64,000 nucleotides of DNA from Octopus vulgaris. Taxonomy: Eukaryota. Under the pieces are notes generated by a model, which worked only from the letters and a program-made list of their open reading frames with translations, did not search any database and was not told the DNA's origin. Location of the stretch: NCBI GenBank assembly GCA_951406725.2, contig OX597823.1, forward strand, positions 11,408,001 to 11,472,000, read 5' to 3'. Positions 53,150-64,000 of this stretch are shown one piece after another; positions within the stretch are counted from its first letter, which is position 1; each line of letters begins with the position of its first letter. The position numbers were made by a program, and so were the translations under genes.

Positions 53150-55374
53150 TGTACATCTTTTGTAAATTTGCATAAATTATTTCTGTACACGTTTGGCTAC
53201 AATTATATGAATGGAAGTTTGTAACTGCTATTGTTTCCAGTAAATACCAACCACTTTCTCATTCATTCAGCCCAATGACAAATCAATAAAATAGCCAAGC
53301 TTTCCTCTTCTTTCTTGCTTTCATCATAAATGGTAGTTTGGGTGAATCTTTTCTTCTATATCGAAACTATTTTTGGCAACTTCCAAGTTCAAATCCTGAC
53401 ACCGGTCAGCCTTTGTCTTCCATCCGTTTAGTATTGATAAAATAAAGTCCTCTCAAATTTCTAGCCTTGTGTCTGTCTTAAGAACAACTTGTTCCTTTTT
53501 ATTCTAACGAATCAGTCACAATAATATAGTTCCTGGGATTTAAAGGGCAAGGGGAATATTTTGATGGGTAATTTGATCATTGTACCCATGTGTGTTTCTC
53601 TCTGTGTGTGTGTGAAAGAGATATATTCATAATTGCTTGCTATGAGTAATTGTTTAATTATGCATTGTCAAAACCTCCCCTTACTTCCTCTGTTGCAAAT
53701 TTCGAAGTATTTTACAGTATTTTTTTACAAAATATATTTAATCAATTTATTAGCCATTGTATGTATATGAATTAATTTGGCTTTCAAACATTGTGTAATT
53801 AAATGTTATATGTATGTGCGTGTGTGTGTGTGTGAAGTAAATAAAATATACAGTCATTAACAATTTCAATATGTTTTATATTATTGTACACAGTATTTCT
53901 TCTTTTGATTCGTTTGTTCAGTTTTATTCCTCTTCATATTGCAGGGTGGATGGTGGTTTTTATTTGCTTTTGTAAACTTGATGTTACCACTAATACTACT
54001 ATTACTTGTATCTATTGGAAACACTGTTGTGGCTATTCAGAGACAGTGAGTCATCTCTGCCACTTCATAACAGTCCAGAAAATAACTCTTACATGAACAC
54101 TGTCTCTCACTCTCTTCACTCACTCATTCATACATTCACTTACTCACTCACTCAATATCTTACTCTCTCGTTTTCTCTCTCTCTCTCTCTCTCTCTCTCC
54201 TCCTCTCTCTCTCTTACACAAATCAGTAATGTTTCAGCAAAGACGAAGGGTAGTGTTCATATTGTCATCAGTGTGTGGGATTTGAGTTTCTTTAGAATTA
54301 CATGTGTGTGTGTGTTAGGTTAATTATTGGGTTGCATTATTTAGCAAAATTACTATGACTCTTTACTTTCTGAAACTGAGTTTTGTCAAGGTCAACTTAC
54401 CTTTGATCCCTCTGGGTTTCATAACAAATGAAGTACCAGCCAAGTACTGATGTTAGTTTAATTGACCCTAATCTTCTCTCCCCAAATACATGTGCTTGTA
54501 CAAATGCTAGAAATGAAGCCCTTCTCAGATTAATTTTATCTAGAAGCTATTATCTCCCCTATGATAGTTGACAACCAAGGGTATATCATGTATTTCATGA
54601 ATTCTTCATAAATATGGATCTTGGTATTTTGTTAGTATTTTTGAAATTTGTATAGATTTGACGAGAGTAGTATTTGAGAATTGGATGTTGTTAACTACTT
54701 TTGTTGATTATAAAATAAGTGTATTGGAAGTGGGGTTAGAGAGTAGAGCAATGAACTAAATATATCTTAGGGTATTTAGCTTGATTCATTTAAGTTTTGT
54801 GTTTCTATCATGTTAGAATCATTCATCCAAGGATGATAAACTAATGCACCAGAAAAAAATTGTAGGACCGTTGATATAATACAAATTATATTTGTTAATA
54901 CTAATTACACATAGGAGCTGGCTATATGCATGAGCTTTTGTATCACTTCACAGTTGATCTTGATTTGTGATTTTGGTTAGAACATTATTTTCCATGTAGA
55001 TCCAGAAACCAGAAATTCTACAAAGGTCTTATCTTTTGGAAAAGGCGACTAATCCCTCTTCCAATTCAAACTTAAAACTGGGGCTAAGCAATGCATAGGA
55101 TTCATTTTGAATCACCAACCCCCCTACATTAATCTCTACAAAATAAGCCTTGCATTTTATTAAAGAACTAGATTATTATATAAATATTAGAAAGTTGTTA
55201 AGATTATTTTCTAGACCTCTAATAATACCCAGTTTCTTGTCTGTCAGTTCCTTATGTATGAAGTGCATGTCAGGGACTGTATCCAGTGGAACGTATCTAC
55301 TACCTTTGATGAGCCCAACATACTAAACTTTAATGCTGCTGCTAGTGAATTAATTATTATATATTATTATATTA

Positions 55375-55538
55375 TCATCGTTTAACGTCCGTTCTCCATG
55401 CTAGCATGGGTTGGACGGTTCAACCGGGGATCTGGGAAGCCAGAAAGCTGCACCAGGCTCCGGTCTTATCTGGCAATGTTTCTACAGCTGGATGCCCTTC
55501 CTAACGCCAACCACTCCGTGAGTGTAGTGGGTGCTTTA
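55375..55538 (-). mobile_element. SINE family B 3' part
   Basis: catcgtttaacgtccgttctccatgctagcatggg...ctggatgcccttcctaacgccaaccactcc. Confidence 0.85.
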
Positions 55539-56167
55539 CACATAAATACACAAATATATATGTGTGTGTGTGTATAAAATTATATGTATGAATTTATTTG
55601 TTGGGTTTGAAGGAAGTGTTAAGAATAGAATAACATAAAACAGTGTTCTTGAGAATCCCAGAAGAATATAAACAAAGGAGGAGACAGATAGAGATATTTG
55701 AGTGGAGAGGCAATTTTTTATTTACCTTTTAGCCTTTTAGAATAAAATGGATGATGAATAACATATCAGTAAAACAAGACTTATTTCAATTGTTTCTCTT
55801 ATGAAAATTGACCTTGTGCCTAATGAAAAGAAATCACTATTTGATATTACTTTTCACACTTTCAGGTTTGTTAAATAAAAATACAGTGATATAGATATTA
55901 CCAACTATTCCTTCTCCTAAAATGCTTGATCAGAAATCAATATTTTATATCATATTTCATACTTCCAGGTTTGATAAAATAGGTACCAGTTAAGTACTGA
56001 AGTTGGTAATATAAATCCAATGTTTCTACTTCCCAAATTTGTAGCATTGAATCTATGTTGGAAATTTGTTTTCTGATGGAGGATATTTCTTATAAACTAA
56101 GCTATAGAAAATTCAGAGTAGCAAAAATGAAGATCATTTCCCTTTCAATGTATTATCATTGCTACAC

Positions 56168-56762
56168 TTGTGAAGACCTGTGAAGACCTGTTGAGGCAAG
56201 TGAAAATCAAATCAAAATAGATGAACATCAATGGAATTTGTATCTTTGTGGTACCAGTGCCGGTGGCACACAAGAAAATCATCCGAACGTGGCCGTAGCC
56301 AGTACCGCATAGACTGGCCTCCGTGCTTTGGGGACGTAACAAACACCATCCGATCGTGGCCGTCCGCCAGCCTCATCTGGCACCTGTGTCGGTGGCACAT
56401 AAAAACACCATCCGAGCGTGGCCGTCTGCCAGCCTCGTCTGGCACCTGTGTCGGTGGCACATAAAAACACCATCCGAGCGTGGCCGTCTGCCAGCCTCGT
56501 CTGGCACCTGTGTCGGTGGCACATAAAAACACCATCCGAGCGTGGCCGTTCGCCAGCCTCGTCTGGCACCTGTGTCGGTGGCACATAAAATCACCCACTA
56601 CATCTCGGAGTGGTTGGCGTTAGGAAGGGCATCCAGCTGTAGAAACACTGCCAGATCTGACTGGCCTGGTGCAGCCTTCGGGCTCCCCAGACCCCAGTTG
56701 AACCGTCCAACCCATGCTAGCATGGAAAACGGACGCTAAATGATGATGATGATGATGATGAT
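56168..56762 (+). mobile_element. SINE family B with an expanded internal 62 bp tandem array
   Basis: Four near-identical units aaacaccatccgagcgtggccgtctgccagcctcgtctggcacctgtgtcggtggcacataa (56341-56590), then gaagggcatccagctgtagaaac and an (atg)n tail. Confidence 0.88.
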
Positions 56763-56971
56763 TGAGGTGGCGAGCTGGTAGAATTGTTAGCATGCCAGCC
56801 AAAATGCTGCTAAGCATTTTGTCTATCTGAGTTCAAATACCGACAAGGTTAACTTTGCTTTCATCCTTCAGAGTTGATAAAATAAGTACCAGTTGAGTGC
56901 TGGAGTTGATTTAAATGACCCACAAATTTCAGGCCATGTGCCTATAGTAGATAAGGATTATTATTATTATT

Positions 56972-57378
56972 GAGTGAGAGAGCAGCGCATGCCATCAAAG
57001 TGACACTGGGGTAAAATATACGAAGCCCAATATACCCATCATGACTACCCGTCTGATAAGGGTACACCAGGCACATGCATCACAACCATATGTGCATGGC
57101 ATGGTGATCTCATATCAAAGTAAACAGCACATGACCTTGCAGGTGGGGCCCAGTTAGAATTTTCTTCAGATCGAGTAACCCATCCTGCTCAAAAGGTCCC
57201 TAAATAAGGGTTGTTTAAGGATGTTGCAAGAACCCCCCATGTTTCCAGAGGTGAATTATTCAAACCCCAAAGAATCCCTCTCAACACATGGCTATGATGC
57301 TCCCCCACTACTTCTGCTCGTGATCAGAGATGCACGTATCGTCAGCCACTAAGGGACATGCTCAACTGGTTATGGTCA

Positions 57379-57380
<2 letters not shown>
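56972..57380. mobile_element. Unclassified ~410 bp GC-richer insertion within an (ATT)n tract
   Basis: Sharp compositional block flanked by (att)n on both sides. It is single-copy in this window, so the call as a retroposon is inference. Confidence 0.4.
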
Positions 57381-57409
<29 letters not shown>

Positions 57410-57875
57410 GTCATTTTCGATGCAAATTTCAGATTCATGAGAAAAGAATATAGTTAACTATACTGAGATTGGTTAAATTACATTTTTAAAATAGGCTCGG
57501 GGTGTGTGGCTCTTTGATAATTTTTATTCGAAATATCTTTGATTCCTTTTCTATTGTACTGATAGCTTGGTTGAAAATTTTTTGTTTTCAATTTGCAGTA
57601 AGGTAAATTGCTGCTAATTTCGACTCTACGCACACGTGTGTGTGAGAGAGGTGATTTTTATGTAGTTGGTATTGAAGAAACAAATGATACGGCAGCCACT
57701 TACTACAACTTTTATACATCATGCTCTGTGTGCATCCTTTAGAATGTTGTTGTAGCTTTCTATATATTTGATATTTTGCACACTCATTGCCCATCTATTC
57801 TGAATGATACTGCTCGCTATATATTTAATACAGTCTATTGTATAGATAATGCTACCACCTATCCATAGCCTTGTT

Positions 57876-57962
<87 letters not shown>

Positions 57963-58327
57963 CTCTTTTACTCTTTTACTTGTTTCAGTCATTTGACTGC
58001 GGCCATGCTGGAGCACCACCTTTTAGTACTTATTCTATCGGTCTCTTTTTGCCGAACCGCTAAGTGACGGGGACCTAAACACACCAGCATCGGTTGTCAA
58101 GCAATGCTAGGGGGACAAACACAGACACACAAACACACGCATACATATATATATACATATATACGACACGCTTCTTTCAGTTTCCGTCTACCAAATCCAC
58201 TCACAAGGCATTGGTCGGCCCGGGGCTATAGCAGAAGACACTTGCCCAAGATGCCACGCAGTGGGACTGAACCCGCAACCGTGTGCTTGGTTAGCAAGCT
58301 ACTTACCACACAGCCACTCCTGCGCCT
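57963..58327 (-). mobile_element. SINE family A, internal-deletion subfamily
   Basis: Junction gagcaccaccttttagtacttattc is the exact reverse complement of the deletion junction at ~40089-40110. Confidence 0.9.
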
Positions 58328-58359
58328 ATGTATAATATATATATATATATATATGTGTG

Positions 58360-58672
58360 TGTGGAGGCGCAATGGCCCAGTGGTTAGGGCAGCGGACTCG
58401 TGGTCATAGGATCACGGTTTCGATTCCTAGACCAGGCATTGTGAGTGTTTATTGAGCGAAAACACCTAAAGCCCCACGAGGCTCTGGCAGGGGGTGGTGG
58501 CAATCCCTGCTGTACTCTTTCGCCGCAACTTTCTCTCACTCTTTCTTCTGTTGGCCTGCTCGCTTAGCCAGTGGGGTGGCGTCATTTAAAGGCTAAAACA
58601 ATGCGAAACGCATTGTGACCAGCGATGTGTAGCAACATCTGATAGCCTGGTCAGTCACGGTGATCACAGTGA
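58360..58672 (+). mobile_element. SINE family C, short-tail type
   Basis: Same head and tail as 17116-17418. Confidence 0.88.
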
Positions 58673-58704
58673 TATATATATATATATATATAGAGATAGA
58701 TAGA

Positions 58705-58915
58705 TAGATAGATAGAAACAAGCTATGGGTAGGTAGCACTATCTATACAAAAGACTGTATAATATATATATATATATAGATAGATAGAAACAAGCTATGG
58801 ATAGGTAGCACTATCTATACAAAAGACTGTATAATATATATATATATATATATATAGATAGATAGAAACAAGCTATAGATAGGTAGCACTATCTATACGA
58901 TAGACTATATATATA
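58705..58915. repeat. Tandem ~70-80 bp unit x3 with variable (TA)n
   Basis: gatagatagaaacaagctatgg.taggtagcactatctatacaaaagactgtat repeated three times. Confidence 0.9.
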
Positions 58916-59415
58916 CATAGTCAGTTCTACTTCACATTGATATATATATCTTACTCTGTAAATTCTAAACATTATATACTAAGATTGCTGCCTTCACGGG
59001 TGTTGCAACTCTGTCTCTGTCTGTCTCTCTCCTCTTTTTCTTTCCCATACATACATACATATACTCACACACACACATGCGCGCACGTTATATATAGACT
59101 ACTTCCTCCTTTCACTGATGCTGCAGCTATATGTTCTTGAAAAGCAAGCACCAATTATTGTATCGATCAAAATATTCATTCAGCACCATAATGATACCGC
59201 TGCCACTATAGCCATCACTATAGCTTCAGTTGCTGGACCTAATCCTTGATAACACCTACTTTTTCCTCCCTGCTGCGTTGCTGTCCTGGTTCCTTACTCT
59301 CTTATATTAACCACAGAATTGCTGTGATTATTTTTGGTGCAAAATGCAGCAGACATATTGATCAATTTTCTTCTGCTCTACAGGAATCTTTGATAAAGGG
59401 TTTTGTTGTTTTATT

Positions 59416-59416
<1 letters not shown>

Positions 59417-59453
<37 letters not shown>

Positions 59454-59672
59454 TTAGCGTCCGCTTTCCATGCTAGCATAGGTTGGACGGTTCAACTGGG
59501 GTCTGTGAAGCCAGAAGGCTGCACCAGGCTCCAGTTTGATCTGGCAGTGTTTCTACGGCTGGATGCCCTTCCTAACGCCAACCACTCTCCATGAGTGTAG
59601 TGGGTGCTTTTTACGTGCCACCCGCACAGGTGCCAGGCGAGGCTGGCAAACGGCCACGGACGGATGGTGCTT
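59417..59672 (-). mobile_element. SINE family B 3' part
   Basis: (cat)n then ttagcgtccgctttccatgctagc...ggctggatgcccttcctaacgcc. Confidence 0.85.
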
Positions 59673-60161
59673 TTTTTTTTTTGTAGCATAAAAAAATATG
59701 TATGTATGAGTGTGATTGTATGTGTATGTGTATATGTATGCATATATGTATGTATGTATGTGTGTGTGTTGTGTCTCTCCATGCACACACACACACACAC
59801 ACACATATATTGTGCGTGTAAATTTATAGTTGCGTCACTTCACAATAGATGCTATAGTATTTATGGGATTTATCTCTGAAATAATTTTCATGCTACAATA
59901 GTTATTGATGAAATTGAGTGAGGGAAAACAAACTACTAAATACATTAGAAAACAAAAACAACAAAAAAAAAACCAAAAACAAAAAACTATAATAACCCTA
60001 ATAATTTATAATCCAAGACATGTGTAACTTCATTTTACTCTTAATCATTTTGTTCAAAATATTTAGTTGTGAAATATAGAATAAAAGTATATTTGTATAT
60101 TCCTATAAATAATTTTATAATAGTCTAAATTGTTGTTTTTATATGGTAATAATATTAATGT

Positions 60162-60194
<33 letters not shown>

Positions 60195-61438
60195 CAGTGA
60201 GAATTATTCATAATCATCTTTTTGGTTTTCTGTATCAGAACCTCAGTAGCGTACAGAGACAGACAGCTAGATGACTTGTTAAAATAATTCCTATTACATT
60301 ATCATTATTAAATGCTACTGCCAAGAGTTACACATTCCAGTTTTAGTTCCATGCAATAGATAGAAATTCTTCTGTCGTTTGCATGATTTTTCTTTCAAAA
60401 ATTTCCTTATTTTTCTTCTCCAGCTTTCTTTCTATATTTGTCTATTCATCTTCGTCTTTTTTCATCGAGTTTAGAAAAACAATCTGAAAATACTCTATTT
60501 TAATGCTGCTATGATTTAGCAATTCAAATATTAGACATGCATAAAAAATGCATTCAGCTGGATCAGCTGACCTGAAAAATCAATGACGAAGGGGGAGGGG
60601 TCTGGGAATACTACCGCAACTGCCACTATCTTTTCCTTTCACTGTCCAAAGAATGTGAGGATGACTCACTCGCAATCGCACAGTTGCTTTGGACATTTTC
60701 TATTTAAACACTGGCAATATCAATCAACAGCTTTACTCTTGTTCAGCTTGATGATTTTTGCATTAATATGTTTCTGGGGTAAGAATTGACTGGAAAATAG
60801 CTGAAAGAAAATCATCATTTAAGAAACACATTAAAATTATATAATAATAATAATAATAGTAACGGTGATGATGATAATAATAATAATGATGATGATGATG
60901 ATGGAAATGATAATAATCATAATAGTAATTAGATATCCTCCATTGTAATTATTTATGCCAGTTTCTTTTTGTCTTTTGAATTAAGAACCCTCTGTGTTAC
61001 TATATACATTAAAGTAGCAATGATCAAACTGGAAATTTCTATACGCTCTCTCAGTGTCTCTTCTCTCTAAATTGTATTATAGCTAGATTGCTAAAGCTAG
61101 GTGCCCATGCTAAGTGGGAGAGAACAAGCAGTAGTTGGCTATCAGAAAAGGAGATGCAGTATCGTTCACGCACACGTGCATGCACTGACACAAGCACACA
61201 CATTATTACTTTCTCGTTTACTGGACATATTGTTCACTACTATTATTTAACATAACCCACCACCATCACCGTATTGCATTCAATGAATTGCGGTAAATAG
61301 TAGCAGTTATCTGTGTATTTCTTCAATAAACGAATTGGTTTTATATATGTTTGTGAGTGTGCTGACAGATATTTAGGAGTATTTTATGTATCAATAAGGG
61401 CAGGAATATTATTTAGGATTTCTATTAATATGAAAGAT

Positions 61439-61501
<63 letters not shown>

Positions 61502-61894
61502 GTATGTATAAACCTTACAATCTATCATTCTTTCTCTCTCTTCTTACCATTTCCTCTCTATCTATATATATATATGTATGTTTGTATGCTTGTATGTGTA
61601 TAAATACGAAAGGAATATTTACTAACAAAACATCCAAATCTTGTGAAAAATGAGTGGCACCCAAATTTGTATTTATTTTTTGTATCTATTTCCTGTAAGT
61701 ATATGACTTCTGTGTAACAATGCGTGTATTAGCATGTGTATCTTTACACACATACTGTGAGTGTGCAGTGTCCCTTCATGTTATAATAACTACAGTCAAT
61801 GGTTAACAGGAAGGGCATCAAATTGTAAAACATTGTCTCAGAAAACCCATCAGACCCATGCCAGCAGAAAGCAGCAGGCATAAACTAATGATGC

Positions 61895-62043
61895 ACTTAG
61901 CGGTTCGGCAAAAGAGACCGATAGAATAAGTACTGGGCTTACAAAAGAATAAGTCCTGGGGTCGATTTGCTCGACTAAAGGCGGTGCTCCAGCATGGCCG
62001 CAGTCAAATGACTGAAACAAGTAGAAGAGTAAAGAGTAAAGAG
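61895..62043 (+). mobile_element. SINE family A, 3' fragment
   Basis: cacttagcggttcggcaaaagagaccg...gactgaaacaagtagaagagtaaagag. Confidence 0.88.
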
Positions 62044-63514
62044 ATGATAAACTAATAATGTTGAGTATTGAAAATCATGGCAAAATACAGTCAGTCGAAT
62101 GCAAGATAAATGAAGTATACATAGGTATACGTAATAATGTATATATAGATAGATGGAGATATCTGTGTATATAGAATGAAGTCTACATGCATATGCATTT
62201 ATATGCTGAGTCAGTTCATACTGTGGTTAATAGGGGCAGCAATAAACATAATCATATCATAATCATATATATCATGAGTAAGCCTGCTCCTCTCCAACAT
62301 ATACCAGCAAGAAGTTATGAACATAGTATTAACATTTTAGAGTGCTGACTACATATTTTAAACTATTTTAGTGTTGAGGATCTAGGCCACAAGAACAAAA
62401 GCAAGGAGTGACTCTATAAAAAAACTCTTTTGTGGCTGTTTTTACAGTATTCCACAGGCATATCTGTTTAATAGCTGCAGGTAGGGCTGTAAAAAGTTTC
62501 CTTCTCAAATCTGTAGCTTCAGATTCAGTCCCACTGTGTAATGATTTGGGTGAGTGTCTTGTAGTGTAACCCCAGGACTTGTTAATGAATTTGAAAGACA
62601 GACTCTTCTGAAAGGAGCCTGCCTTGTGTGCATGCATCTGTGCATATATTTTTTGCTGCTTCTTAACATCACACAATAGTTGTAAAGTGGTGTTGCTCTC
62701 ATCCGAGGAGTGTCATTTATTTTCAGTCTTATGTGAAAACATGTCTAGCTATGAGGAAATACCATCTTTCTTGGAAACAGTTAAGGGTTAGCTACAAGAA
62801 GGGCTTTAGAAAATCTGTCTCAGAAAATTCTGTCTGACCCATGCAAGCATGGAAAAGTAGTCATTAAAACCATGATGCTATTGTGTGTCTGTGTGTGTGA
62901 GTGTGTGTGATATCTATCCTTCCATCATCATCATCAATAATAATTAAAAATGCTATATTCTATGCTGGCATGGCTTGGATAGTTCAACAGGATCTTTGTA
63001 GCCTGAGTAGTGCGTTAAGTCTCCAGTGCCTGTTTTGGCATAGTCTCTATGGCTCAATGCCCTTCCTAATGCCACTCTACAGAGTGTACTGGGTCTTTTT
63101 TCATGGCAACAACACTAGCAAGGTAACTAAGTAACTTACAAGGCAAAATTCCTTGTCAGAGTGAGGGTTCTTTTTTTTTTTTTTGAAGGCGGTGGCTTTG
63201 TGCCAGATATTGAGAGGATAGAGTATGATAAAGGGAGTGTAACAAGCATCTTGCTGTAGGGAGAAAGGATGGTGGACATTAGATATGATGGCTTACCTTC
63301 AAAGTACAAAAAGTTAGAGAATAGGGACAGAAAATTGAAGTTGGTTGGCTGGGCGGGCAGGTTCACAAGAGTGTGAAAGGATTGGGACATAATAGGACAA
63401 AAGTCAAAGTAGTGAATAATGAACATTGATGGAGGCATGGGAAATGGTGAATCTCAAATTTTGGGGAATGTAAGGTCAAGAGGAGTAGGTCATGGAGGAG
63501 GAAGTAGAGGTCGA

Positions 63515-63766
63515 CTTTGGTAGACGGAAACTGAATGAAGCCTGTCATATATATATATATATATATATATGTTTGTGTGTTTGTTCCCCCCCTCCAACAT
63601 CGCTTGACAACAGATGTTGGTGTGTTTATGTCCCCGTAACTTAGCAGTTCAGTTAGAGAGACCGATAGAATAAATACTAGGTTTACAATAAGTCCTGAGG
63701 TCGATCTGTTTGACTAAAGGCAGTGCTCCAGCATGGCCACAGTCAGATGACTGAAACAAATAAAAG
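63515..63766 (+). mobile_element. SINE family A, diverged 3' two-thirds
   Basis: ttggtagacggaaactgaa...gtgctccagcatggccacagtc..atgactgaaacaaataaaag. Confidence 0.8.
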
Positions 63767-63914
63767 AATATAATTAGAGCAGCTACTACTGTAGTTTCAG
63801 GTGAAGAGAGGGATAAGTGTATGAATATGAGTTACTGTGAAGGCCTGTGGGATACAAATTGGATGCAGATTCTTAGAAATTAATGATATGCTTTTAAGGA
63901 CTCCAGTTTTACTG

Positions 63915-64000
63915 AGATGGGACTTGTCTTCTTGAACATAGTGAATCGCCATTTATCTCGCTCCTTTGTCATCTGTGTGCAGCTCAACAGGCTGAAGCTC
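63915..64000 (-). mobile_element. Probable RTE LINE 3' end, continuing beyond the window
   Basis: Minus strand ..TQMTKERDKWRFTMFKKT resembles the DRxxWR terminal motif of RTE ORFs. Confidence 0.4.

Noticed and set aside
56341-56590. CRISPR-like array (also 49990-50118 and 58705-58915)
   Set aside because: The units are head-to-tail without unique spacers, there are no cas genes, and the context is eukaryotic.

Overview
AT-rich eukaryotic DNA that looks intronic or intergenic and is dominated by repeats. The tRNA-derived SINE families and (TA)n/(CA)n microsatellites resemble an octopus/coleoid cephalopod genome; this is an inference from repeat content. I found no intact host gene, rRNA, true tRNA or CRISPR array, and most ORFs in the track are microsatellite or SINE artefacts. 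Supported content: a frameshifted Helitron Pif1-helicase remnant (8.2-10.0 kb); a decayed CR1/L2-group LINE (13.6-15.7 kb); several RTE and other LINE fragments; a mariner transposase relic (42.7-43.3 kb); at least four SINE families, some with clean TSDs; TTAA-flanked piggyBac-type MITEs; and a 1.67 kb foldback element. The most interesting signal is non-coding: a set of minimal type I hammerhead-ribozyme motifs from several different short repeat families. The best is at 24981-25025 (minus strand), a tandem/inverted four-copy cluster lies at 21174-21353, and more decayed copies are scattered elsewhere. Together with spacer-less palindromes, these suggest Penelope-like-element termini or retrozyme-like self-cleaving RNAs. 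All coordinates were read by eye and may be off by a few bases.
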